From an uncultured Bacteroidota bacterium (lineage in GTDB: Bacteria; Bacteroidota; Bacteroidia; UBA4408): a DNA stretch of 51,214 bases. The notes under the pieces were generated by a model. That model had not been told where the DNA came from. It saw only the letters and a program-made list of their open reading frames with translations, and ran no database searches. The stretch is taken from the NCBI GenBank assembly GCA_903842515.1, contig CAIMMJ010000362.1, positions 1 to 51,214 of the forward strand, written 5' to 3'. A program made the position numbers and the translations under genes. Shown here in pieces: positions 7,971 to 18,719 of the stretch. The first letter of the stretch is position 1; each line of letters begins with the position of its first letter.

Positions 7971-9135
7971 ATTTTTTAGATCTTCTCTCTTTTTCTTTGA
8001 TAATTAAACCTAGTTCCCTTCCTGTTTGGCCTTCAACAGAAGTGTTTTCTTGAGCACGCCTAATAAGGTAGGGTAGCACATCTTTCACTGGGCCATAAGG
8101 CAAATACTTAGCAACATTGTATCCTTCCTTTGCCAAATTAAAACTGATGTGTTCACTCATTCCAAACAATTGAGAAAAGTAAATTCTTTTGTCGTTTTTA
8201 GAAATTGATTTCTTTTCCATCAATTCTACCAGAGCCAAAGAACTTTTTTCGTTGTGAGTGCCTGCACAAATTGATACGGTGCTTATGTTCTCTAAACAAT
8301 GGTTCAAAGCATTGTCGTACATAGCGTCTGTTGCTTCTTTTGAAGGATTTATAGGAGATGTATAATTTAATTTTTGTGCCCTATCTCTTTCTTTTTCCAT
8401 GTAAGCACCTCTTACTAATTTTGCTCCTAAAAAGTATTTTTTTCTATTCGCTTCTTCTATCGAAGAAATTAAATAATCTAATCTATCTTTTCTATACAAT
8501 TGAAACGTATTATACACGATAGCACTTTTTAAATTATATTTTGCCATCATTGTTTCTGCTAGCTCGTCTATTGCCGGCTGAATCCAACTTTCTTCTGCAT
8601 CAATAAATATGGGAACTGAATTTTCAAAGGCACTTTTACAGATACTATCTACTCGTTCCCAAATTTTATTTTTTTCTATTTTTTCAGTTTCAGATAATTC
8701 TTTATTTGCACTAATTTGTTCTAACAATGCAAACCTGGATAAGCCGGTAACTTTAAAAACGCAAAAGGGAATGTTTGCACTTTGAGTTGCTTTTTTTAAG
8801 GTATTTAAAGTTTCGTTTTTTGTTTTTTCAAATTCACTTTCATTTTCTTTTCCTTCTACAGAATAATCTAATATTGCGCCAATTCCAAAATCAGAAAGTT
8901 TATTGATAGTTTCGGTACACTCTTCTATGTTTTCGCCTCCACAAAATTGTTTAAAGATGGTAGCTTTTACAATTCCGTTTATTGGCAACCTAAAATTAAA
9001 TGCAAATTCAGTAAGTATACTTCCTATTTTAACGATGCTAGGTCTTTTTATTACATTAAATAAAAAATAAGATTTATTTAAATCTCTATTTGATTTGCTT
9101 TTAAAAGCAATTTCTGTATTGTCAAATGAAATCAT
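7969..9135 (-). CDS. Proline dehydrogenase (monofunctional PutA-type PRODH domain protein)
   Basis: 388 aa with motifs GAKLVRGAYMEKE, ICAGTHNE, FSQLFGMSE and the C-terminal YLPYGPVKDVLPYLIRRAQENTS. Confidence 0.85.
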   Translation of the reverse strand: MISFDNTEIAFKSKSNRDLNKSYFLFNVIKRPSIVKIGSILTEFAFNFRLPINGIVKATIFKQFCGGENIEECTETINKLSDFGIGAILDYSVEGKENESEFEKTKNETLNTLKKATQSANIPFCVFKVTGLSRFALLEQISANKELSETEKIEKNKIWERVDSICKSAFENSVPIFIDAEESWIQPAIDELAETMMAKYNLKSAIVYNTFQLYRKDRLDYLISSIEEANRKKYFLGAKLVRGAYMEKERDRAQKLNYTSPINPSKEATDAMYDNALNHCLENISTVSICAGTHNEKSSLALVELMEKKSISKNDKRIYFSQLFGMSEHISFNLAKEGYNVAKYLPYGPVKDVLPYLIRRAQENTSVEGQTGRELGLIIKEKERRSKK

Positions 9136-9147
9136 TTATATGGTAAA

Positions 9148-9837
9148 TTAATAGTTGTTACAGAAAGAAATTATTAATTCTTTAAGTATAGCTTTGTTTG
9201 TTTTTTCAAAGGAGTGACCTCCATTTAAAACTTCTGAATAATGCGAAATGGGCAAAAATGATTTTGCTGCAGTAGATTCTGCTCTACTAACCATGTTGTC
9301 AAATTCTCCTCTTAGCACTAAAACAGGAGTTTTTATTTCTTTTAAAGTGGATTCATTAAGTGGAGCATTTTCTCCTAAATGGTGAATTAAATCGCTAGTT
9401 TTTTCTAACACGTTTTTCCAGTTATTAGGTTTGTGTCTTTCAATTAATGTGTTTGCATATGCCGGAAAATTCTTTTCAATTAATTCGGGATTCAACATAA
9501 CTTTTTCTGAAATTGCCACTTGCGGATTCCAATCGAATTTTGTGCCCAAAGTAATTATTCCTTTAAACATGTTTTTAAATGTATGTTCTGCCAATAATGC
9601 TGCATAACCGCCCATACTGTAACCAAATGCAAAGGGTTTTGTTTTTCTTTTTTTGCAAATTTCATAAATCTCATTTGCAAATTGAAAAATATCAAATTCT
9701 TGTTCAAAATTTTTGCCGCCATGACCGCTAAAATCAAATGGAATGCAATTAAAGTCTTCTCTTAGTTCATAAGCAAAAGATTCTAATTGCCTTGATGATC
9801 CTAATGCTCCATGAAATAAAAGCAAACTTGGCTTCAT
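9148..9837 (-). CDS. Alpha/beta-fold hydrolase
   Basis: 229 aa. LLLFHGALGS oxyanion region, GYSMGG nucleophile elbow, and a late GGH region. It lies 3 nt downstream of the MarR gene. Confidence 0.8.
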   Translation of the reverse strand: MKPSLLLFHGALGSSRQLESFAYELREDFNCIPFDFSGHGGKNFEQEFDIFQFANEIYEICKKRKTKPFAFGYSMGGYAALLAEHTFKNMFKGIITLGTKFDWNPQVAISEKVMLNPELIEKNFPAYANTLIERHKPNNWKNVLEKTSDLIHHLGENAPLNESTLKEIKTPVLVLRGEFDNMVSRAESTAAKSFLPISHYSEVLNGGHSFEKTNKAILKELIISFCNNY

Positions 9838-9840
9838 GCT

Positions 9841-10296
9841 TTACTTTGTTGTGTTGGAAGTAATAATTGCTTCTGCTTTTTTATGAAATCCTTTTTCTTT
9901 TTTATCTAGTGTAGAAAAAAACTTTGCTTCAAAGGCCTTTAATTCTGATTTCGATTTTAGGAAAGCAGCTTTTCCTTTTTCTGTAATTAAGATGCTGTTA
10001 CTTCTTAAATCTTCTTTATTATCCACTCTTTTTGCAAACTTTTTTTCTTGAAGTGAAGAAATGATTTTAGAAGTCATCATTTTATCTGTTCCAGCAAATT
10101 CACAAATTTTATTTTGAGCAATATTTTTTGAGCTTTCAGATAAGCTATTGATAGCATCTAAAACTGCATATTGGGCATGAGTTAAGTTATGTTTTATTAG
10201 TAAACTATTTACATTTCTTTGCCACAAATTGCTGAGTTGCCAAATCAAAAATCCGAGACTTTCGTTTTTGTTTTTAATTTCAGAATGTTTTGCCAT
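9841..10296 (-). CDS. MarR family transcriptional regulator
   Basis: 151 aa. Winged-helix pattern LTHAQYAVLDAI...QNKICEFAGTDKMMTSKIISSLQEKKFAKR...D.R...I.ITEKG. Confidence 0.8.
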   Translation of the reverse strand: MAKHSEIKNKNESLGFLIWQLSNLWQRNVNSLLIKHNLTHAQYAVLDAINSLSESSKNIAQNKICEFAGTDKMMTSKIISSLQEKKFAKRVDNKEDLRSNSILITEKGKAAFLKSKSELKAFEAKFFSTLDKKEKGFHKKAEAIITSNTTK

Positions 10297-10369
10297 AATA
10301 AAGATTGATTTAATTTGTAATCAAACTTACTATTTTTTTTCTAATTTAAAAATTTATGAAAATTCAAGC

Positions 10370-10398
10370 AAAAAAAAACTGCCAAAAGGCAGTTTTTT
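10370..10398 (-). terminator. Rho-independent terminator downstream of citrate synthase
   Basis: Stem CTGCC (10379-10383) / GGCAG (10388-10392) with loop AAAA. It is flanked by an A-run (10370-10378, a T-run on the minus strand) and a T-run (10393-10398). Confidence 0.65.
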
Positions 10399-10404
10399 CT
10401 AAAT

Positions 10405-11709
10405 TTATATTCCTAGTTTTTTCTTTATCCCTTCTGTTGTTTGAGAACTTGGTCGCTCTAAAGGATGACCTAAAGCTCTGTCCCAAATTAGAGAGGCCAT
10501 AACACCTAATGCTCTTGAAACTCCAAAAAGAACAGTATAAAAATCGTATTCCTTCATCCCATAATGCATGAGCAATGCTCCTGAGTGGGCGTCAACATTA
10601 GGCCAAGGATTTTTAATTTTACCTAGCGATTCTAAAATTGGAGGCACTACTTCGTAAACCAATTGAACGGTTTCGCAAAAATCATCGTGTTTAATATAAG
10701 TTCTATAAAACTCCTGTTGTGCAGTAAATCTTGGGTCGGTTTTTCTTAATACTGCATGTCCATACCCAGGAACCACCTTGCCTTGTTCAAGAGTTCTTTT
10801 TACATATTCTGCAATTTGATCTTTGGTGGGCAAAGTAGTATTTAACTCTTTTAGCATTTCCGATAACCAAGCCACTACTTCCTGATTGGCTAATCCGTGA
10901 AGAGGCCCAGCAAGTCCATTCATTCCGGCAGAAAAAGCTAAATAAGGATCGCTCAATGCCGAACCAACTAAATGGGTAGCATGTGCAGATACGTTTCCTC
11001 CTTCATGGTCGGCGTGTATTGTTAGATACAATCTCATTAAACGTTTCATATCAAATTCTTCGTACCCAAGCATGTGAGCAAAATTTGCTGCCCAATCTAA
11101 TTTTGAATCAGGTTCTATGTGATTGTCGTTGTGATATGTTCTTCTGTAGATATAGGCTGCAACTCTTGGAAGTCTGGCAATTAAATTCATTGCATCTTCG
11201 TAGCAATAATCCCAATAATCTTTTTTAGACATCCCTTTTTTGTAGGCGGCAGCAAACAACGATTCTGTTTGCATTGCCAAAACAGCAATACTAAACTGAG
11301 TCATTGGGTGTGTTCCTTTTGGAAGTTTGTCTATCACATCAAAAACATGACGTGGAACAACACATCTTCTGGCCCAATTGTTAGAAACATTATGAACTTC
11401 ATCGTAGTTGGGTAATTCTCCTACTAGCATCAAATAAAAAACTCCTTCGGGCAATGGCTCTGTTCCACCGGGAGCTTTGGGTAATTTTTCTCTAAGTTCT
11501 GGTATGGTGTATCCTCTAAAACGAATACCTTCTTGGGCATCTAGTTTTGATGTTTCGGTAATCATGCCTATCATCCCTTTCATTCCCTGATAAACGTCGG
11601 CAACAGTATATTCACCCAGCTTTTTATCGCCGTGTTCTTTTATTATTGCCTTAACTTCTTTAGCCAATGGCGTGGCTTTTTCTTTGAATTTTTCTTTTAG
11701 AGTATCCAT
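10405..11709 (-). CDS. gltA: Citrate (Si)-synthase, mitochondrial/eukaryotic-type
   Basis: 434 aa with long blocks I recognise from mitochondrial citrate synthase: RLYLTIHADHEGGNVSAH, HLVGSALSDPYL, MNGLAGPLHGLANQEV, VVPGYGHAVLRKTDPRF, KNPWPNVDAHSG, YYTVLFGVSRALGV. Confidence 0.95.
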   Translation of the reverse strand: MDTLKEKFKEKATPLAKEVKAIIKEHGDKKLGEYTVADVYQGMKGMIGMITETSKLDAQEGIRFRGYTIPELREKLPKAPGGTEPLPEGVFYLMLVGELPNYDEVHNVSNNWARRCVVPRHVFDVIDKLPKGTHPMTQFSIAVLAMQTESLFAAAYKKGMSKKDYWDYCYEDAMNLIARLPRVAAYIYRRTYHNDNHIEPDSKLDWAANFAHMLGYEEFDMKRLMRLYLTIHADHEGGNVSAHATHLVGSALSDPYLAFSAGMNGLAGPLHGLANQEVVAWLSEMLKELNTTLPTKDQIAEYVKRTLEQGKVVPGYGHAVLRKTDPRFTAQQEFYRTYIKHDDFCETVQLVYEVVPPILESLGKIKNPWPNVDAHSGALLMHYGMKEYDFYTVLFGVSRALGVMASLIWDRALGHPLERPSSQTTEGIKKKLGI

Positions 11710-11743
11710 TTCGAACTATTTTTTATTTGATATTTATAAACAA

Positions 11744-13033
<1,290 letters not shown>

Positions 13034-13192
13034 TTAATATGTTGATTAATGTTGGCGAATTTAACAAAAAAACTTTCCAAAAAATCCTATCTTAGATATT
13101 AAAATAACTTAAACTTAATTTTATACAACTTACTTTAAAATATCCAATCATTTAAGGATTTTCAATACATTTAAAATCTTTAATTCTATTGT

Positions 13193-13615
13193 TTGAAAAC
13201 AGAAAGTTTTACACCTGCATTAATTTTAATTCGTGGCTTGCCCGGAGCCGGCAAAACAACTCTCGCAAATGTTTTAAGTGAAGAAGGACTTTACCCAATT
13301 TTTTCTGTGGATGATTATTTTACAAATGCTGAAACCGGAGAGTATAAGTTTGTTTTCTCCGAAAATCATTTGGCTTATTCAAGCTGCCTAGAGAAAGTTG
13401 AATTGGCAATGCAGAAAAGTGTAAAAAAAATATTTGTACACAATACACTTACTTTAGATTGGGAAATTAAGGACTACTTTAAACTGAGCTCAAAACATCG
13501 GTATACTATTTTTGTTGTTACTTGCGAAAATTATCATTCAAATACAAACAACCATTCTGTTTCGGATGAACAATTGATAAAAATGGCAAAAAAATATAAA
13601 GTAAAATTGATTTAA
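13193..13615 (+). CDS. Small P-loop NTPase/kinase (AAA_33, polynucleotide-kinase-like)
   Basis: 140 aa with Walker A GLPGAGKTT right after an N-terminal strand (LILIRG). Also SVDDYF, FVHNTL (Walker-B/DNTN-like position) and a late NNHSV motif. The start is TTG (13193); there is no upstream in-frame ATG. Confidence 0.6.
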   Translation: MKTESFTPALILIRGLPGAGKTTLANVLSEEGLYPIFSVDDYFTNAETGEYKFVFSENHLAYSSCLEKVELAMQKSVKKIFVHNTLTLDWEIKDYFKLSSKHRYTIFVVTCENYHSNTNNHSVSDEQLIKMAKKYKVKLI

Positions 13616-13678
13616 AATGAGTATTGAATTAAGATTTTTCTGCCAGTACAATAGGTATAAAAATAATATGATTTTAGT

Positions 13679-15757
13679 ATGAGGTTATACAGTAGTGAAA
13701 CCTTAAAATTATTTGAGTTTGATAAAATTCTGACCAGAATTGAGCAGTTTTGTAGAACAAAAGCATCAAAACAAAAAGTAAAATTTATTAAGCCTTTCGA
13801 AGATCGAGAGAATACAATTAAACTCTTGAATCAGGTTAATGAATATAAAAACATACTGGACAACAAAGGCTATTTTCCAGATTTTTTGTTTGAAGACTTC
13901 GAATACGAATCTGGTTTATTGTCTCTTCCGGGTTCGGTATTGTTAGAAAAACAACTACTAAAAATTTTACATGCTTCAAATTTAGTAAACACACTTATTA
14001 AATATTTTGAAACAAAAAAAGATCAATTGCCTTTTCTTATTCAAATTCTGGAAAAAGTTTATTTTACTGAAGAGATTTCAAATGCTATTAATGAAATTAT
14101 TGATGCAGAAGGAATAGTAAAAACCAATGCTTCAAAGGATCTGGCAAGCATAAGAAAAGAATTATTTGCCAAAAAAAAGGAAGCCGAAAGGAAGTTTAGA
14201 GGCTTGGTAAATGAATTAAAAAAACTAGGATGGATAAGAGAAAGTGAAGAAAGTTTTTACAATGGCAGAAGGGTAGTTTCAATTTTATCTGAATATAAAA
14301 GGAGTTTAAAGGGAGTTGTGCACGGTAGCAGCGAAACCGGAAAAACTACTTTTATTGAACCCCAAGAAACTGTAGAATTAAACAATCAAATTGCAGATCT
14401 TGAAAATGATGAAAGGCAAGAAATTTTTAAACTTTTAAAAGTTCTTACCAATAAAATAAGACCATTTGCATTTTTGGTAAAAGAGTATTTTCTATTGCTT
14501 ACCGATTTAGATGTAATTAGAGCAAAATCATATTTTGCTGTTGAACTAAAAGCAGTGCTTCCGTTAATTTCCAGAGAGCCAATAATTAAATTAAAGAATG
14601 CATTTCATCCAATTTTATTTCTACAAAATGCAAATCAAAAGAAAGATACAATTCCATTGAGTATTTTCTTAAGCACAGAAAATAGAATTGTTGTAATTTC
14701 TGGTCCAAATGCTGGTGGAAAATCTATTGCACTAAAAACAATAGGGCTTTTTCAATTAATGTTATCCTCGGCTATCTTAGTGCCCTGCCATCCAAGTTCT
14801 GAAATGAGTTTTTTTAATCACTTTTTAGTTGACATAGGCGATAGTCAATCCATAGAAAACGAACTTTCTACGTACAGTTCTCGATTATTAAAAATGAAAG
14901 AGTTTTTAAAAATTGCCAATAGAAGAACCTTGTTTTTGATTGATGAATTTGGCACCGGAACCGACCCCGAGTTAGGCGGTGCAATGGCTGAGGTTTTGCT
15001 GGAAGAACTAAATAAAAAAAATTGTTTTGGAATTATTACTACACATTATTCCAACATAAAAATTTTAGCAGATAAACTTAAGGGTTTAATAAACGCAAGC
15101 ATGTTGTTTGATACCACTACCTTGGAACCCATGTATCAGATGATAGTGGGACAGCCAGGAAGTTCATACACTTTTGAGGTAGCAGAAAAAATTGGGTTGC
15201 CCATTGAAATTATTAACAAAGCCAAAGCTAAAATCTCTTCCGAAAAATTAAAATTAAATAAATTGATTTTTGAACTTCAAACTCAAAAAAACGAAATTGA
15301 AAAAGGCAAAAAAGAATTAGAAGATGCAGTAATCAAGAATACCGAATCTAAAAATAAGTACGATTTATTGTTTACAAAATTAGAGGAGAAAAGTAAACGA
15401 AACAAAGATAAAGCCGAAGAAACAGAAGAGCTGAAAGAATTAGGTAAAAAGTTTAAAGTATTGTCCGAAGAATGGCAAAAATCTAAAGATAAAAAGGCTG
15501 TAATTCAAAAATTTGTAAGTAAGGTTACTATCGAGAAAAGAAAAAGGATAGAAAGAGAACAAAAAGAAAAAATAGAAAATTCGAAAGAAAAAAAAATAAA
15601 GAGAGTACTTTTGAAACTTGAGGTTGGTTCAAAAGTTAGAATATTAAAAAGTCATCAAACAGGAATTGTAAAAGAGATAAAAAAGGAAAAAGCAATAGTT
15701 GTTATGGGAAATATTATAAGTACCATATCAATAGAAAATTTAGAAGTTGTAGAATAA
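13679..15757 (+). CDS. mutS2: MutS2-family protein (MutS domain V ATPase) lacking the C-terminal Smr nuclease domain
   Basis: 692 aa. MutS2-type N-terminus (LKLFEFDKIL), Walker A GPNAGGKS, Walker B LIDEFGTGTDP, TTHY, a Lys/Glu-rich coiled coil, and a KOW-like end (VGSKVRILKSHQTGIVKEI...). The stop at 15757 is followed 4 nt later by the next gene. Confidence 0.85.
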   Translation: MRLYSSETLKLFEFDKILTRIEQFCRTKASKQKVKFIKPFEDRENTIKLLNQVNEYKNILDNKGYFPDFLFEDFEYESGLLSLPGSVLLEKQLLKILHASNLVNTLIKYFETKKDQLPFLIQILEKVYFTEEISNAINEIIDAEGIVKTNASKDLASIRKELFAKKKEAERKFRGLVNELKKLGWIRESEESFYNGRRVVSILSEYKRSLKGVVHGSSETGKTTFIEPQETVELNNQIADLENDERQEIFKLLKVLTNKIRPFAFLVKEYFLLLTDLDVIRAKSYFAVELKAVLPLISREPIIKLKNAFHPILFLQNANQKKDTIPLSIFLSTENRIVVISGPNAGGKSIALKTIGLFQLMLSSAILVPCHPSSEMSFFNHFLVDIGDSQSIENELSTYSSRLLKMKEFLKIANRRTLFLIDEFGTGTDPELGGAMAEVLLEELNKKNCFGIITTHYSNIKILADKLKGLINASMLFDTTTLEPMYQMIVGQPGSSYTFEVAEKIGLPIEIINKAKAKISSEKLKLNKLIFELQTQKNEIEKGKKELEDAVIKNTESKNKYDLLFTKLEEKSKRNKDKAEETEELKELGKKFKVLSEEWQKSKDKKAVIQKFVSKVTIEKRKRIEREQKEKIENSKEKKIKRVLLKLEVGSKVRILKSHQTGIVKEIKKEKAIVVMGNIISTISIENLEVVE

Positions 15758-15761
15758 AATT

Positions 15762-16415
15762 ATGATAGAAGCAGTAATATTTGACATGGATGGTTTGCTA
15801 ATTAATTCTGAACCATTTTGGCAAGAGGCAGAAGTAGAAATATTTAAAATGGCCGGCATAAGTTTAACTAAAGCTATGTGCCAACAAACAATGGGGCTGA
15901 GAATAGACGAGGCAATTAACTATTGGGATAAAAAATATGGTTTAAAAAAATTTACCAAAAAACAGGTTCAAGAAATGATTATGGACAAGGTAGTTGAATA
16001 TGTTTTGCAAAATGGTGAACCACTTGATGGAGTAATTAACTGTTTAGAATTTTTTGAAGAAAAGAATATTCCTATGGCAATTGCATCATCATCTCATTAT
16101 AAAATTATTCACTCTGTTGTAAAAAAATTAAATATCAATAGTTATTTCGATTTAATTGTTTCCGCACAAGACACAGAGTATGGAAAGCCACATCCCGGAA
16201 TATTTATTGAAACGGCAAAACGTTTGCAAATTTCACCTGAAAATATTTTAGTGTTTGAAGATTCTCCAAATGGAGTTTTGGCCGCATTATCTGCCCGAAT
16301 GAAAGTAGTTGCAGTTCCTGATAAGGAGCTAAAAAATAAAAAAGAATTTTTAGCTGCAGACCTTGTAATTGATTCTCTTGATAGTTGGAATGAAAAATTA
16401 TGGAGTAAATTATAA
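15762..16415 (+). CDS. HAD-IA family sugar-phosphate phosphatase (YniC/HxpB-like)
   Basis: 217 aa. Motif I FDMDGLLINSEPFW, motif II ASSS, and GKPHP...FEDSPNGV motifs III/IV. Confidence 0.85.
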   Translation: MIEAVIFDMDGLLINSEPFWQEAEVEIFKMAGISLTKAMCQQTMGLRIDEAINYWDKKYGLKKFTKKQVQEMIMDKVVEYVLQNGEPLDGVINCLEFFEEKNIPMAIASSSHYKIIHSVVKKLNINSYFDLIVSAQDTEYGKPHPGIFIETAKRLQISPENILVFEDSPNGVLAALSARMKVVAVPDKELKNKKEFLAADLVIDSLDSWNEKLWSKL

Positions 16416-16463
16416 TTAAATTAAGTATTACTTTAGCATTGTTTTATTGATTAATCTTTTACA

Positions 16464-17162
16464 ATGAAAAAACTTATTTTTTTATTTTTAGTTGGTTTAT
16501 TTTTTATTCCAAAAATATTATTTTCTCAAAGTGGAGCTCAGGTTCCAGCGTATGATTTCTCCTTATTTAAAGAAGGAGATTTATTGTTTCAGGACATCGA
16601 TTGTGGCCCATTGTGCGATGCTATTGAAGGCGTTACACAAGGTCATCAAGGTTTTGATATTTCGCACATGGGAATTTTAGTAAAAAAAGATGATTCTTTG
16701 TGGGTGTGCGAAGCAATTGATAAAGTTGTACACCTCACTTCCATTCCCGACTTCATGAAAAGAACCTCCAACCGCGATGGAGATCCTAAGGTTTTAGGAG
16801 CAAGATTAATTGACGGCTATTCTAGTTTGGCTAAAAAAGCTGCCAAAGAAGCAATAAAATATGTGGGAACTCCATACGATTCTAAATTTTCAGACGGAGA
16901 TGTTTCACTTTATTGTTCTGAGCTAATTTATTATAGTTTTAAAAATGCAAATGGTGGCAAAGATTTTTTTAAATTAGAGCCAATGACTTTTAACAGTCCA
17001 GAAACAGGAAAAATTCTGGAAGAATGGAAGAAATATTTTATTGAGTTAAACATACCTGTTCCCGAAGGAATGTTGGGATGTAATCCTGCGGCTTATTCTA
17101 AATCAGATAAACTTGATATTATTTACGACTCCGGGGATTTTATAATAAAAGAAAAAGAATAA
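16464..17162 (+). CDS. Secreted YiiX-like permuted papain/NlpC-P60 superfamily protein
   Basis: 232 aa with a signal peptide (MKKLIFLFLVGLFFIPKILFSQ). GDLLFQD..., SHMGILV..., VCEA, then the late YCSELIYYSF segment (permuted Cys). Confidence 0.55.
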   Translation: MKKLIFLFLVGLFFIPKILFSQSGAQVPAYDFSLFKEGDLLFQDIDCGPLCDAIEGVTQGHQGFDISHMGILVKKDDSLWVCEAIDKVVHLTSIPDFMKRTSNRDGDPKVLGARLIDGYSSLAKKAAKEAIKYVGTPYDSKFSDGDVSLYCSELIYYSFKNANGGKDFFKLEPMTFNSPETGKILEEWKKYFIELNIPVPEGMLGCNPAAYSKSDKLDIIYDSGDFIIKEKE

Positions 17163-17183
17163 ACAATCTTTGTTCTGCTTATT

Positions 17184-18620
17184 TTATGATTGTACAGCCT
17201 CACCAAGTAATGTAGCAGATGTGCAGCTAGTTACTTTTATCGTAGCATAATCTCCTTTTTTTAAATCTTTTTTTGGGAAAACAATTACTTTGTTTTGCGA
17301 ATTTCTTCCGTATAAAAAATCAGCAGATTTTTTTGAAACACCTTCTATCAAAACCTTAAACTCTTTGCCTAAATCTCTTATGTTACTTTTGTGTGAAAGT
17401 TGTTTTTGAACTTCAATAATCTCTGCTAACCTTCTACTTTTTGTGGCTTCATCAACATCGTCTTTAAACTTTCTTTCTGCCAATGTTTTTGGTCTTTCAG
17501 AGTACTTAAACATATACGAAAAATCAAACCCGCTCCATTCCATCAAGCTCATTGTTTCTTGGTGATCTTCTTCAGTTTCTCCGCAAAATCCGCTTATTGT
17601 ATCGGTACTGATTCCAGCATCCGGCATAAATCGTTTTATTGCATTAATCCTATCCATGTACCATTCTCTAGTATAACCTCGGTTCATCATTTCCAATACT
17701 CTGCTCGATCCCGATTGAACTGGCAAATGAACGTAATTGCAAATATTTTCATACTTGGCCATTATTTCCAAAACATCGTCGCCCATATCTTTGGGATGAG
17801 ATGTAGAATATCTAATTCTTAAATCAGGATTTATAAGTGCAACTTTTTCGAGAAGTTGAGCAAATGTTGTTGCATTTTTTAGTTCGTCTTCGCTAGGGTT
17901 GTCTTTTTTTAAACCACCGCCGGTCCACAAATAGGAGTTTACATTCTGACCAAGCAAAGTAACTTCTTTGTAGCCTCTTTCAAACAAATCTCTGGCCTCA
18001 TTTACTATGGTTTCTGGTTCTCTGCTTCTTTCTCTTCCTCTTGTAAATGGAACCACACAAAAAGCACACATGTTATCGCATCCTCTTGTTATAGAAACAA
18101 AAGCTGTAATGCCATTGCTGTCTAATCTAACGGGGCTTATGTCTGCATACGTTTCTTCTCTTGAGAGCAGAACGTTTACTGCTTTTTGTCCGCCCTCAAC
18201 TGTCTCAATAAGGTTGGGCAAATCTCTGTAAGAATCTGGTCCTACAACCAAGTCAACTAATTTTTCTTCTTCCAGCAGTTTAGATTTTAGTCGTTCTGCC
18301 ATGCAACCCAAAACACCAATTATTAAGGATGGATTTTTTCTTTTTAATTGTTTAAAATCATTCAGCCTGTTTCTTACTCTTTGTTCTGCATTGTCTCTAA
18401 TGGCGCAGGTATTCAAAAAAATTAAATCGGCTACTTTAAAATCCTGAGTAGTATCAAACCCTTCTTTGTCTAAAATGCTTGCAATAATTTCGCTGTCCGA
18501 AAAATTCATGGCACAACCATAACTTTCTAAGTATAATTTCTTTGAATTATTAGAGTTTCTTGAAACTGCATTTAGTGCTTCTCCTTGTTTTTCTTCGGGC
18601 AATAGTTTTTCTACTGACAT
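17184..18620 (-). CDS. miaB: tRNA-2-methylthio-N6-dimethylallyladenosine synthase MiaB (radical SAM methylthiotransferase)
   Basis: 478 aa. N-terminal UPF0004 Cys triad (YGCAMN...NTCAIR...GCMA), radical [14 protein letters not shown], and a C-terminal TRAM domain. Confidence 0.95.
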   Translation of the reverse strand: MSVEKLLPEEKQGEALNAVSRNSNNSKKLYLESYGCAMNFSDSEIIASILDKEGFDTTQDFKVADLIFLNTCAIRDNAEQRVRNRLNDFKQLKRKNPSLIIGVLGCMAERLKSKLLEEEKLVDLVVGPDSYRDLPNLIETVEGGQKAVNVLLSREETYADISPVRLDSNGITAFVSITRGCDNMCAFCVVPFTRGRERSREPETIVNEARDLFERGYKEVTLLGQNVNSYLWTGGGLKKDNPSEDELKNATTFAQLLEKVALINPDLRIRYSTSHPKDMGDDVLEIMAKYENICNYVHLPVQSGSSRVLEMMNRGYTREWYMDRINAIKRFMPDAGISTDTISGFCGETEEDHQETMSLMEWSGFDFSYMFKYSERPKTLAERKFKDDVDEATKSRRLAEIIEVQKQLSHKSNIRDLGKEFKVLIEGVSKKSADFLYGRNSQNKVIVFPKKDLKKGDYATIKVTSCTSATLLGEAVQS

Positions 18621-18639
18621 CTTGTTTAAAAAATTTTTG

Positions 18640-18647
18640 CAAAGGTA
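18640..18647 (-). promoter_or_regulatory. Bacteroidota -7 promoter box on the minus strand (TACCTTTG)
   Basis: The plus strand reads CAAAGGTA. This gives an exact TAnnTTTG on the minus strand, 19 nt upstream of the miaB ATG (18620) and just downstream of the preceding terminator. Confidence 0.35.
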
Positions 18648-18673
18648 ATGATATCAAATTATTGATGGAAAAT

Positions 18674-18698
18674 AAAAAAAGCCCAATAAAGGGCTTTT
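18674..18698 (-). terminator. Rho-independent terminator downstream of the OMP gene
   Basis: The minus strand reads AAAAGCCC-TTTATT-GGGCTTTTTTT: stem GCCC/GGGC (18681-18684 / 18691-18694), extendable by A-T pairs, followed by a T-run. Confidence 0.7.
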
Positions 18699-18719
18699 AT
18701 AAACTATTAAGTGTAAAAA

